Source of the DNA: Macrostomum lignano | Taxonomy: Eukaryota | Reading direction: 5' to 3' | Length of the DNA: 64,000 nt | Assembly (NCBI GenBank): GCA_002269645.1 | Contig: NIVC01000458.1 | Span: 62,001-126,000 of the forward strand | Part shown: positions 44,217 to 56,252 of the stretch, piece after piece | Layout: each line of letters begins with the position of its first letter | Numbering within the stretch: position 1 is the stretch's first letter | Program-made: the position numbers and the translations under genes | The notes under the pieces: model-generated | The model's input: the letters and a program-made list of their open reading frames with translations, nothing else | Told to the model about the DNA's origin: nothing | Database searches by the model: none

Positions 44217-46712
44217 CTAGAAGCCGCCGCACAGCTGTTCGACGCCGAACGCGGCGTCCAGCAGTTGGCCGTCGCTGAACCTCCTGCCAACCAGCATAGT
44301 GCCGATGGGCAGCGGAGGCTCCCCGGCGGTGCGGCCGCAGTTCAGCGTGATGGCTGGATGCCCGCTGGCGTTGAACGCGGCCGTGTTGCCGATCATGCCA
44401 AGGCCGTGGTTGAACACTTCAACAACGCTGGCCGATTCGTCCAGAAGGCGAGGCGGTCGCATCGGCAGAGTCGGCATCAACAAATAGTCGACGCTATTTA
44501 GCGCGTTGTCATAGCAACGACGCAGCTCGCGTATCCAATTAGCCGCTTGGCTAAAGTGCTTCAATCCATAGTTACTGGAGAGAAACTCCGACATCAGCAT
44601 CACCACCTTGACGATGTGCTGATTGTCGGCAGGAAAAGTACGTCGACCTTTGAACGCGGCGTCGACAGCGTCGGGATCGACGTAGGCGTCGTCTAACGGC
44701 AAGGCGCCGTCGGTCAGGTAGGTGGCTCGGAAGCCGTGCAGCAGGTAGGGCAGGTAGAACGCGCCCGACTGGCTGTGCAGCGGCACCGACACCTTCGACA
44801 CTTTCGCACCGGCGCTTGCCAGCTTGCCGGCCAGCTGGCGGACGGCCTCGTCGACGTCCTCGTCGACACCGTGGAAGCCTTCGACAAGTAGGCCGAACGA
44901 ATATTTTGATAGTTCGCCGCGCAGCGACTCGGAGTAGTTGTCGACTCGCAGGTCGGTCGGCTGCCGGCGGTCGAGGCCGTCTCCGTCCAAGCCGGCGATG
45001 GTCTGCAGCAGGCGGGCCGCGTCCGTGACGGTGCGCGCCATCGGGCCCAGGTGGTCGATGCCGCGCATCATCGACAGCGCGCCGGTGTACGGCACCAAGC
45101 CAAATGTCGGCTTCAGTCCAACTATGCCGCACCAGGCGCTGGGGATTCGAATCGATCCGCCCTGATCCCCGCCGATCGCCATGTCAACTAGGCCCTTGGC
45201 AACCAGGTAGCCGCAGCCAGAGCTCGAACCGCCGGCCGAGTGCAGCTCCGAGTGCGGATTTGGCACCGCGCCTTTAAAGGTGGTGTGGCTTGCACCGCTG
45301 GAATTATAATGTAGGTTTTTGCGTAAACGATGAAATGCTTAAATCACTACTTACAGTAGTCTGAAAGACTATTCACCGTTAAATTTTGAATTGGAAGCAA
45401 CGAAAATTAAGTTGGATAGGAAATTTACGAAGTTTTTAAAAAACAATATTGAGGGTATTAGATGAGAACAATATTTAGTGGCCCAACAACTGAGGATCCG
45501 GGAGGCTGCTCCAGCAACTGAGGATCTGGGAGGCTGATTCAGCAACTGAGGATCTGGGAGGCTGATTCAGCAACTGAGGATCTGGGAGGCTGATTCAGCA
45601 ACTGAGGATCTGGGAGGCTGATTCAGCAACTGAGGATCTGGGAGGCTGATTCAGCAACTGGGGATCTGGGAGGCTGATTCAGCAACTGAGGATCTGGGAG
45701 GCTGATTCAGCAACTGAGGATTTGGGAAGGCCAGCAACTGAGGATTTGGGAAGGCCAGCAACTGAGGATTTGGGAAGGCCAGCAACTGAGGATCTGGGAG
45801 GCTGGTCCATAACTGAGGATCTGGGAGGCTGCCCAAGCCGCACCTGAAGCACATGTCCTCGCAGACGGCCTTGCCAACAATCCGGCCGCCAGCAGCCAGA
45901 ATTCTGGTGACCACGGTGGCATCTTCGGTGGGCACGAAGCCCTCCAGCAGCTTGGAGCCGTTCATCATGGGTACCCCAGCCACGCTGACACTGTCCTTCA
46001 GGGCCAGGGTTTTGCCGGCAAGCGGCAGGCTGCTGTCCTGGGCCGCCGCCGGGTCCTTCAGGTCGCAGCGCCAGTACCAGGCATTGCCCGGATTGTCCGC
46101 GGCGCTGGCCCGCTGCCCGCAGCTCCTTGGCGGCACCGGCTGCGAGGCGACTGTCGACGTTGAAGATCGCATAGGATTTTCCAGTCTGTCGGGTTGTGGG
46201 GATATTGAAAATCTGTTAAAAAATCCATATTCGCGGGAAGTACTGTGGGGCACTCTGGCGTAACGCCTTCGGCAACATCGCCCCACAACCAGCGCTGACG
46301 GCAATTCTGTGGGAATGACAAGGCCGCTGTACACCCTGTGTGAGCGTGTGCCTGCTTAAGGGGTCATCGGAATGGGCACAACGGCTTGCCTGCTTGCTGG
46401 TTAAGATTCAAATTTCGCCTTGATCTGGCCCAACGCCAAAAAGAAGCCTGAAACAAACAACTGATAGACATGCTACAAACATTGACACATCAGCAATCAC
46501 CTATCCAAAGAAGTGAGCGAGGCTGAGAGCTGGCCAATAAGCTCCTTGTAGGCTGTCAGCTCGTCATCGCTAGAACTGAAGCCGAACCGGTCAGATAAGC
46601 GCCGGAGCTCCTGCAGAGACGGCTGACGAAAAGCCTGACGGCTGTACAGCGACAGGTGGCGGCAGGCGGCGGTGGCGGGGCGGAGCGAGGTAAGTCGGCG
46701 AACAGCTTGCAT
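44217..46712 (-). CDS. Amidase-signature family enzyme; exons 46712-46501, 46185-45844, 45297-44217; ~544 aa
   Basis: Ser-cisSer-Lys triad motifs [26 protein letters not shown] and [16 protein letters not shown], plus NPGNAWY and [11 protein letters not shown] across the splice junction. Phases 2/2 are consistent (1635 nt). The N-terminus is Arg-rich and acid-free. Confidence 0.92.
45485..45835. repeat. 28-bp minisatellite in amidase intron 2
   Basis: CAGCAACTGAGGATCTGGGAGGCTGATT units, starting a few nt after the donor on the minus strand. Confidence 0.96.
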
Positions 46713-46799
46713 GGCTTCCCGCTCTGAGGCTATGGCTCATTAATCAAGGCAATCGTTTATTTTTAGTCCCTGTTGCATATGGCAGGATGTCAATGTTTG

Positions 46800-47733
46800 G
46801 CAACACTGGAGGACTGCGGATCTGGGAGGGTGCGCGGTGGTGGCCCAGCAGCTGACACTCTGGGAGGCTGGCCCAGCAACTGAGGATCTGGGAGGCTGGC
46901 CCAGCAACTGAGGATCTGGGCGGTTGGCCCAGCAACTGAGGATCTGGGAGGCTGGCCTAGCAACTGAGGATCTGGGAGGCTGGCCCAGCAACTGAGGATC
47001 TGGGAGGCTGGCCCAGCAACTGAGGATCTGGGAGGCTGGCCCAGCAACTGAGGATCTGGGAGGCTGGTCCAGCAACTGAGGATCTGGGAGGCTGGCCAAG
47101 CAACTGCGGATCTGGGAGGCTGGCCCAGCAACTGAGGATCTGGGAGGCTGGCCCAGCAACTGAGGATCTGGGAGGCTGGCCCAGCAACTGAGGATCTGGG
47201 AGGCTGGCCTAGCAACTGAGGATCTGGGAGGCTGGCCAAGCAACTGAGGATCTGGGAGGCTGGCCCAGCAACTGAGGATCTGGGAGGCTGGCCCAGCAAC
47301 TGAGGATCTGGGAGGCTGGCTCAGCAACTGAGGATCTGGGAGGCTGGCCAAGCAACTGAGGATCTGGGAGGCTGGCCTAGCAACTGAGGATCTGGGAGGC
47401 TGGCCCAGCAACTGAGGATCTGGGAGGCTGGCCCAGCAACTGAGGATCTGGGAGGCTGGCCCAGCAACTGAGGATCTGGGAGGCTGGCCCAGCAACTGAG
47501 GATCTGGGAGGCTGGCTCAGCAACTGAGGATCTGGGAGGCTGGCCCAGCAACTGAGGATCTGGGAGGCTGGCCCAGCAACTGAGGATCTGGGAGGCTGGC
47601 CCAGCAACTGAGGATCTGGGAGGCTGGCTCAGCAACTGAGGATCTGGGAGGCTGGCCCAGCAACTGAGGATCTGGGAGGCTGGCCAAGCAACTGAGGATC
47701 TGGGAGGCTGGCCAAGCAACTGCGGATCTGGGA
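46800..47733. repeat. Same 28-bp minisatellite family upstream of the amidase ATG
   Basis: CAGCAACTGAGGATCTGGGAGGCTGGCC units. Confidence 0.97.
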
Positions 47734-48154
47734 AGGTAGGGTGATTGCCCAAGCAAAGAATAATAGCTTTTATGAGAATTATGAAGATAAAACCCGACAG
47801 ACAATAAAATATTAATACAAAGTGGCCGAGAGTGAAGCCTATAGTTATAGCAAAATAACATAATTCAGTATATTATTTAACAAAAGCCAATGATTGCTTA
47901 TAGAATGGAAAACACGCAGTAGTTTTAGGCCGCTCCCGAAATAACGCAATTAAGCCGGTGTGCAGTTTAACAAAATAAACAGAGAATCAGCTGAAAATTT
48001 CTACATTAATTAGACAAAAGAATTTTGTAAACGATAAAATCCTTTCCGTCCATTCATCCAGTTCATAGACAACATCAAAGGTTGGTTGATTTTGGATCAA
48101 TTTTTCCCTTTTGGATTAATTTTTTAGATTTGAAATTTGTTTTGAACAGTTAAG

Positions 48155-48752
48155 ATTTAGTTTGTACAGTTTAGATTCATTTTGTACAGTTTAGATTCAT
48201 TTTGTACAGTTTAAATTCATTTTGTACAGTTTAGATTCATTTTGTACAGTTTAGATTCATATTGTACAGTTTAGATTCATTTTTGTACAGTTTAGATTCA
48301 TTTTGTACAGTTTAGATTCATTTTGTACAGTTTAAATTCATTTTGTACAGTTTAAATTCATTTTGTACAGTTTAGATTCATTTTGTACAGTTTAGATTCA
48401 TTTTGTACAGTTTAGATTCATTTTGTACAGTTTAGATTCATTTTGTACAGTTTAGATTCATTTTGTACAGTTTAGATTCATTTTGTACAGTTTAGATTCA
48501 TTTTGTACAGTTTAAAATTCATTTTGTACAGTTTAGATTTATTTTGTACAGTTTAAATTCATTTTCTCCAGTTTAGATTCATTTTGTACAGTTTAGATTC
48601 ATTTTGTACAGTTTAGATTCATTTTGTACAGTTTAGATTCATTTTGTACAGTTTAAATTCATTTTCTCCAGTTTAGATTCATTTTGTACAGTTTAGATTC
48701 ATTTTGTACAGTTTAGATTCATTTTGTACAGTTTAGATTCATTTTGTACAGT
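48155..48752. repeat. 20-bp AT-rich minisatellite TTTGTACAGTTTAGATTCAT
   Basis: Directly visible. Confidence 0.97.
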
Positions 48753-49289
48753 TAAATCAAGTGTTCAGAGCTAAAAATAACAAGGATAAGATATAACATT
48801 TGGTCTAAGTTAACCTATCTAAAATGAATAACAATATCATCAAGCATTATTACGCTCGTACTTAACATTCAACGTAGAGAGGGGTGCTTTGACAACTAAC
48901 TGCAATACCAGAATTAGCATGCAGATTCCCCAGGAGCAACTGCAGCATGAAGAGTTTAGTCAATCAATGCGGTCTGAAAACTATCACGCATCCGAATACT
49001 TTATTACGACTAAATAAAATCGAATGTTAAGAAGCGGACAAATAAGAACTCGATGATCTATGATTAATAAAACACAACTTCGACATAGAATACTACTTAT
49101 AAATCAGTAGCAAGCAGATAATATAGCGAATAGGTAGTACTTGAGATAGTAACGGACCAGCGCAAGTAAACTGTAGGCTTAGCAAATTGGGAGTCAGCTA
49201 AATGTGACACGACACGAGTAAGCGGCCGCACAGGTGCGTATGAGAAAGGTAAACCAATTTATAGTCACGGGTTGTTCGGCTCCAGTAGG

Positions 49290-49890
49290 TTTAGGGAAAT
49301 TCCTGATGAAGTTTAGGGAAATTCCTGATGAAGTTTAGGGAAATTCCTGATGAAGTTTAGGGAAATTCCTGATGAAGTTTAGGGCGATTCCTGATGAAGT
49401 TTAGGGCGATTCCTGATGAAGTTTAGGGCGATTCCTGATGAAGTTTAGGGCGATTTCTGATGACGTTTAGGGCGATTCCTGATGAAGTTTAGGGCGATTC
49501 CTGATGAAGTTTAGGGCGATTCCTGATGAAGTTTAGGGCGATTTCTGATGAAGTTTAGGGAGATTCCTTATGAAGCTTAGGGCGATTCCTGATGAAGTTT
49601 AGGGAAATTCCTGATGAAGCTTAGGGAAATTCCTGATGAAGTTTAGGGCGATTCCTTATGAAGCTTAGGGCGATTCCTGATGAAGCTTAGGGCGATTCCT
49701 GATGAAGCTTAGGGCGATTCCTGATGAAGCTTAGAGCGATTCCTGATGAAGCTTAGGGCGATTCCTGATGAAGCTTAGGGCGATTCCTGATGAAGCTTAG
49801 AGCGATTCCTGATGAAGCTTAGGGCGATTCCTGATGAAGCTTAGGGCGATTCCTGATGAAGCATAAGAACGATTCCTAATGAAGTTTGGG
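49290..49890. repeat. 22-bp minisatellite TTAGGGCGATTCCTGATGAAG(T/C)
   Basis: Directly visible; most units contain TTAGGG. Confidence 0.96.
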
Positions 49891-50002
49891 GGGATTCTTT
49901 TCCAAGGGCGATTTATTTTCGAAACAGATTTGACTAAACCAGACTTCTAGGGTGATTCGACCGGCAAAGAAGACGACTCAAAAATTTGCGATCAATATTC
50001 AT

Positions 50003-50497
50003 TCACGCAAACGCCAATCCAATAAAGAAGCCGCCAACAAAAGTGGTGCCGAAGCAGGCATTGGGGCCCGCCAAAAAATGGCGCGCTCTGTCTAGCAGGC
50101 CGCCGCCACCGCGGGCCCCGCCGCCCCCCATAGCGCCGGCCGCAGCGGCAACCTCCGCCTCCTGTACAAACTGGCGTCCCAGCTGATTCAACCGGGTCCA
50201 ATTCACCGTTACAACTCCGCGCTGTTGAGCAATCTGCAGACAGATGATGCCGCCGCCAAGCACCAAAGCGGCTGTGCGGCCCACCCGCCCAACCAGGTAG
50301 CCTGTCAGGCAGCCGCCCGCGCCACCGATCATCGCCTGCTGGCCGGGCGTGGCGTCAGCCAGCCTGCGAGAGGCTTCGGCGGCTGCCGTAGCCAGCTGAC
50401 TGCCCACACCGCCGGAGCCGTCGCTGCTGCCGCTGCCTCCCGCTGAGTCCGACGCCGACGGCGGCGAGAGCAACTCGTCGGCCGGATCGGCCGCCTC
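50003..50497 (-). CDS. FUN14-domain mitochondrial outer-membrane protein (FUNDC1/2-like), terminal coding exon; upstream exon not resolved
   Basis: QAMIGGAGGCLTGYLVGRVGRTAALVLGGGIICLQIAQQRGVVTVNW and FGTTFVGGFFIGLA match the FUN14 pattern. The acceptor CAG lies directly after the 33-bp array. Confidence 0.85.
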   Translation of the reverse strand, partial: EAADPADELLSPPSASDSAGGSGSSDGSGGVGSQLATAAAEASRRLADATPGQQAMIGGAGGCLTGYLVGRVGRTAALVLGGGIICLQIAQQRGVVTVNWTRLNQLGRQFVQEAEVAAAAGAMGGGGARGGGGLLDRARHFLAGPNACFGTTFVGGFFIGLAFA

Positions 50498-50504
50498 CTG
50501 ACCG

Positions 50505-51330
50505 GAGTGTGGCTGAGTCTGCAGTGTTGGGTTTGCACAGCGTGGCTGAGTCTGTAGTGTTGAGTTTGCACAGTGTGGCTGAGTCTGCAGTGTTGGGTTT
50601 GCACAGTGTGGCTGAGTCTGCAGTGTTGGGTTTGCACAGTGTGGCTGAGTCTGCAGTGTTGGGTTTGCACAGTGTGGCTGAGTCTGCAGTGTTGGGTTTG
50701 CACAGTGTGGCTGAGTCTGCAGTGTTGGGTTTGCACAGCGTGGCTGAGTCTGTAGTGTTGAGTTTGCACAGTGTGGCTGAGTCTGCAGTGTTGGGTTTGC
50801 ACAGCGTGGCTGAGTCTGTAGTGTTGGGTTTGCACAGCGTGGCTGAGTCTGCAGTGTTGAGTTTGCACAGTGTGGCTGAGTCTGCAGTGTTGGGTTTGCA
50901 CAGCGTGGCTGAGTCTGTAGTGTTGAGTTTGCACAGTGTGGCTGAGTCTGCAGTGTTGGGTTTGCACAGTGTGGCTGAGTCTGCAGTGTTGGGTTTGCAC
51001 AGCGTGGCTGAGTCTGTAGTGTTGGGTTTGCACAGCGTGGCTGAGTCTGTAGTGTTGGGTTTGCACAGCGTGGCTGAGTCTGTAGTGTTGGGTTTGCACA
51101 GTGTGGCTGAGTCTGCAGTGTTGGGTTTGCACAGTGTGGCTGAGTCTGCAGTGTTGGGTTTGCACAGTGTGGCTGAGTCTGCAGTGTTGGGTTTGCACAG
51201 CGTGGCTGAGTCTGTAGTGTTGGGTTTGCACAGCGTGGCTGAGTCTGTAGTGTTGGGTTTGCACAGCGTGGCTGAGTCTGCAGTGTTGGGTTTGCACAGT
51301 GTGGCTGAGTCTGCAGTGTTGGGTTTGCAT
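50505..51330. repeat. 33-bp minisatellite abutting the FUNDC acceptor
   Basis: GCACAGTGTGGCTGAGTCTGCAGTGTTGGGTTT units. Confidence 0.97.
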
Positions 51331-51927
51331 TACATTTTACATTTTGCAATACATTTTAGAAATGCAAACTACAACGAAGCAAATAAAAGCAAGAATTTAG
51401 AAAATTTGTGCAAAACATAACGCACAGAAAAATGTATATTTGAAAGTCTAAATTAAAACTACTGCAATGGTTAGCAAAATTTTTAAACTAATGATTAGTA
51501 CATATTTGAGCTAAGTTAAGCTGCTTTAGATCGAGTGAAAACTAACATGCAGAAACGATTGACCGCACTCACACAGATACAAAAATTGCATTGCAAACTT
51601 TATAAAGAACTTGGATTTAAGTAACTCTTCGAAAATTATTTGCTAGTTTGATGCGGACCTTAATCAACTGGCAAAATAGATTAAAGATTGAATTATAAAA
51701 CAGTTAATGATGTAAAAATACTGCAGTTGCATTATTGCAATTAAATGTTTGAGAAGCCCGGCTAAAAACAGACAGACTCGAACTAAACTGAAAAAAATTA
51801 ATTAAAAACTATAAAATACTTTCAATTGCACAAAAGCGAGACAGCAAAATTGTTAGAGATTGTTATTTGGATAAAATCCATCTTGAAATTAACTTTTTCA
51901 GAGATCCCTTGAATTGAATGACAGCGA

Positions 51928-53075
51928 TACTGTGCGATCGTTGGGGGCGATTCTGTGTGATAGTTGGGGGCGATTCTGTGTGATGGTTGGGGGCGATTCT
52001 GTGTGATGGTTGGGGGCGATTCTGTGTGATGGTTGGGGGCGATTCTGTGTGATGGTTGGGGGCGATTCTGTGTGATGGTTGGGGGCGATTCTGTCTGTGT
52101 GATGGTTGGGGGCGATTCTGTGTGATGGTTGGGGGCGATTCTGTGTGATGGTTGGGGGCGATTCTGTGTGCTGGTTGGGGGCGATTCTGTGTGATGGTTG
52201 GGGGCGATTCTGCGCGATCGTTGGGGGCGATTCTGTGTGATGGTTGGGGGCGATTCTGTGTGATGGTTGGGGGCGATTCTGTGTGATGGTTGGGGGCGAT
52301 TCTGTGTGATGGTTGGGGGCGATTCTGTGTGATGGTTGGGGGCGATTCTGTCTGTGTGATGGTTGGGGGCGATTCTGTGTGATGGTTGGGGGCGATTCTG
52401 TGTGATGGTTGGGGGCGATTCTGTGTGCTGGTTGGGGGCGATTCTGTCTGTGTGATGGTTGGGGGCGATTCTGTGTGATGGTTGGGGGCGATTCTGTGTG
52501 ATGGTTGGGGGCGATTCTGTGTGATGGTTGGGGGCGATTCTGTCTGTGTGATGGTTGGGGGCGATTCTGTGTGATGGTTGGGGGCGATTCTGTGTGATGG
52601 TTGGGGGCGATTCTGTGTGCTGGTTGGGGGCGATTCTGTGTGATGGTTGGGGGCGATTCTGCGCGATCGTTGGGGGCGATTCTGTGTGATGGTTGGGGGC
52701 GATTCTGTGTGATGGTTGGGGGCGATTCTGTGTGATGGTTGGGGGCGATTCTGTGTGATGGTTGGGGGCGATTCTGTGTGATGGTTGGGGGCGATTCTGT
52801 GTGATGGTTGGGGGCGATTCTGTCTGTGTGATGGTTGGGGGCGATTCTGTGTGATGGTTGGGGGCGATTCTGTGTGATGGTTGGGGGCGATTCTGTGTGC
52901 TGGTTGGGGGCGATTCTGTGTGATGGTTGGGGGCGATTCTGTGTGATGGTTGGGGGCGATTCTGTGTGATGGTTGGGGACGATTCTGTGTGATGGTTGGG
53001 GGCGATTCTGTGTGATGGTTGGGGGCGATTCTGTGTGATGGTTGGGGGCGATTCTGTGTGATGGTTGGGGGCGAT
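51928..53075. repeat. 23-bp G-rich minisatellite GATGGTTGGGGGCGATTCTGTGT
   Basis: Directly visible; a G5 run every 23 bp. Confidence 0.97.
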
Positions 53076-53869
53076 TCATTGCGATTTCAGAAGCAATTAA
53101 CATGTTGAATTTAATCCAAAGGGCCAAAGAGCTGCATCAAACAGTGCAAAGTTATTATAACAAAAACTACACAGTCAGTGCCTGTTTCCAGTGGTGCTAC
53201 AGGAAGCCATACGATAGCTGTAAGCCAATCGCTGATGATGCAGCGCAGACTCCCGTTTCTCGTTTGAGTAGCGCAGCGATGAACTAACAGCTCTCCAAGG
53301 TGTTGTGGTGTAATAATTATCTAAAAAATTTAATTAGAAGTTTGGTTGAAAACGGGTGGCTAGTAACACTAGCTCGGCTTAAAAAATCTTGGACGACGCC
53401 AATCAAACGAAAATTTTTTTAACAACTTCAGTGAAAATCGGTTTAATTTGAAAGAATCTCCAGATATTTAAAATATTGATTAGAAATATAATCCGAATAT
53501 TGCTTATTTAATCAAAAATTACCATAGACAACACATTCCCGGCTCAAAATAGTACAATTTTTAACGATTAAATAAGCAATCGTATTTTATTTAACAAGAA
53601 TAAAAATTACACTTAGATTGGTTGCTCCACAGCCCCCCCCCCAATTTTCATAGACAATGAAAAGCATTTTTTCAAAGGCTGGATCAAGGAGTTCTATAAC
53701 TAACATCTGGACTGGAATACCGGTATGTCTGCTCCACGACCTGCTCGCTCTACACAATCAATAATAATTGATTACACCTGCCCTAATAGGCAGATGTGCA
53801 ACCGACAGCTCAGCCGCAGCTATTGCGCGGCGCATCTGAAGGCGTACGGCGTACGGCGTACGGCGTACA

Positions 53870-54082
53870 GCGTACGGCTGTTCAGTCCAAGGACTGGGGG
53901 GTCGACACACACACCCTCAATTACCCCAACTAATGCTGGTGCCCATTTTACAGCTGGGTGAACTGAAGCAATGTAAATTTAAGTGTCTTGCTTAAGGACA
54001 CAGATTGTTCCTGTGGGATCGGGAATCGAACCCTCGATCTTCCAGTCGTGAGTCCGATGCTCTGACCACTGGGCTACAACCC
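53870..54082 (-). mobile_element. tRNA-derived SINE (family B)
   Basis: Minus strand GGGTTGTAGCCCAGTGGTCAGAGC...GGTTCGATTCCC (A/B boxes), followed by TGTGTCCTTAAGCAAGACACTT...CACCCAGCTGTAAAATGGGCACC, which resembles the conserved central domains of CORE/V/Meta-type SINEs. Confidence 0.75.
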
Positions 54083-54869
54083 AACCCCTTGGGTTGTAGC
54101 TTTCAGCAGAAAGCCAAACGCAAACAAACGAATAAGTACACTTTTCTGTAACTATTGGCTGGTTTAAGTTGCTTAGTTTGTTTGCTTTTGTTCCCCACCG
54201 AGTTTTTTTGCCGTTGTGCTGGTTTTTTGTTGATAAATTTCTTATTCTCGGTTCCACTCCAGATGCTAATTATAGAACTCCTTGGCTGGATTCTCCCACT
54301 AAAAATTGAATTGCTTGCCACTAGGCCAATTGGCTTGGAAAATGCTCTTCGATATCATTATCTACACATGCAGTTGTCAGTTCGAATTTTGAGGTCCGCA
54401 GACACAAGCAAAATGATTGGTGATCGAATCAAGTTCCTAGTTCATTATTGAACTTATCGAATAATGAAACCGGATTAGGTGAATCAGCTGGTACACTGGA
54501 GATTGAGCAGGCACAACAAACTTATACATATATACGCGCTTCACCTTGTAATCGATATGGGCAATATATCAATCAAATCAGAACATCCGAAGCTTCAATT
54601 GAAAGAATTGGGTAAAATTAAATTTTATAAATAAAGGGAAGCATATTTAAACAGGGATAATACTGTTTTCTATTATATTTTACCCAGCCAATATCAGACT
54701 ACTCGCGGGTCAGTTGAATAAAGTTGAATACAAGCTAACTGGCCTGAATACTGTATGACATCCTTCTTCCCATCAGTACAGGATGGAGCATCTTGGGCTT
54801 GCTCTTCATCAATTTGAGGAGCACCAGCACCATCTGCTTCCCACTCTCTGCTGCCGCCTCCACCTCCGT

Positions 54870-55445
54870 CTCCATCCATTTATCTCCCTTTCATCTATCG
54901 CTTATCTCCGTCTCTCCCTCTCCATCCATTTATCTCCCTTTCATCTATCGCTTATCTCCGTCTCTCCCTCTCCATCCATTTATCTCCCTTTCATCTATCG
55001 CTTATCTCCGTCTCTCCCTCTCCATCCATTTATCTCCCTTTCATCTATCGCTTATCTCCGTCTCTCCCTCTCCATCCATTTATCTCCCTTTCATCTATCG
55101 CTTATCTCCGTCTCTCCCTCTCCATCCATTTATCTCCCTTTCATCTATCGCTTATCTCCGTCTCTCCGTCTCCATCCATTTATCTCCCTTTCATCTATCG
55201 CTTATCTCCGTCTCTCCCTCTCCATCCATTTATCTCCCTTTCATCTATCGCTTATCTCCGTCTCTCCCTCTCCATCCATTTATCTCCCTTTCATCTATCG
55301 CTTATCTCCGTCTCTCCCTCTCCATCCATTTATCTCCCTTTCATCTATCGCTTATCTCCGTCTCTCCCTCTCCATTTATTTATCTCCCTTTCATCTATCG
55401 CTTATCTCCGTCTCTCCCTCTCCATCCATTTATCTCCCTTTTATC
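54870..55445. repeat. 50-bp pyrimidine-rich minisatellite
   Basis: TCCATCCATTTATCTCCCTTTCATCTATCGCTTATCTCCGTCTCTCCCTC units. Confidence 0.97.
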
Positions 55446-55499
55446 TATCGTCTATCTTCCTCTCCTTCCCCGCCTATCTCCCTCTCTCCATCTCCCTCT

Positions 55500-56252
55500 C
55501 TCGATGCCCCACACCGCAGTACTCCCAGCCGCACTCACTGTCTCTCCGATGCCCCACACCGCAGTACTCCCAGCCGCACTCACTGTCTCTCCGATGCCCC
55601 ACACCGCAGCACTCCCAGCCGCACTCACTGTCTCTCCGATGCCCCACACCGCAGTACTCCCAGCCGCACTCACTGTCTCTCCGATGCCCCACACCGCAGC
55701 ACTCCCAGCCGCACTCACTGTCTCTCCGATGCCCCACACCGCAGTACTCCCAGCCGCACTCACTGTCTCTCCGATGCCCCACACCGCAGTACTCCCAGCC
55801 GCACTCACTGTCTCTCCGATGCCCCACACCGCAGTACTCCCAGCCGCACTCACTGTCTCTCCGATGCCCCACACCGCAGCACTCCCAGCCGCACTCACTG
55901 TCTCTCCGATGCCCCACACCGTAGCACTCCCAGCCGCACTCACTGTCTCTCCGATGCCCCACACCGCAGTACTCCCAGCCGCACTCACTGTCTCTCCGAT
56001 GCCCCACACCGCAGCACTCCCAGCCGCACTCACTGTCTCTCCGATGCCCCACACCGCAGTACTCCCAGCCGCACTCACTGTCTCTCCGATGCCCCACACC
56101 GCAGCACTCCCAGCCGCACTCACTGTCTCTCCGATGCCCCACACCGCAGTACTCCCAGCCGCACTCACTGTCTCTCCGATGCCCCACACCGCAGCACTCC
56201 CAGCCGCACTCACTGTCTCTCCGATGCCCCACACCGCAGTACTCCCAGCCGC
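55500..56252. repeat. 45-bp minisatellite (~16-17 units), in frame with the last armadillo exon
   Basis: CCGATGCCCCACACCGCAGTACTCCCAGCCGCACTCACTGTCTCT units. Confidence 0.97.

Noticed and set aside
53170-53290. Candidate first exon of FUNDC (MASCSTTGN)
   Set aside because: No canonical phase-0 GT donor was found.
54015-54082. tRNA gene (also 14165-14231)
   Set aside because: A/B boxes are present, but the stems pair poorly and the sequence continues into a SINE body.
46740-55470. Repeat-derived ORFs (PDPQLLGQP, QTQPHCANP, NHHTESPP, HPFISLSS)
   Set aside because: They map onto minisatellites, are open in several frames and show no domain similarity.
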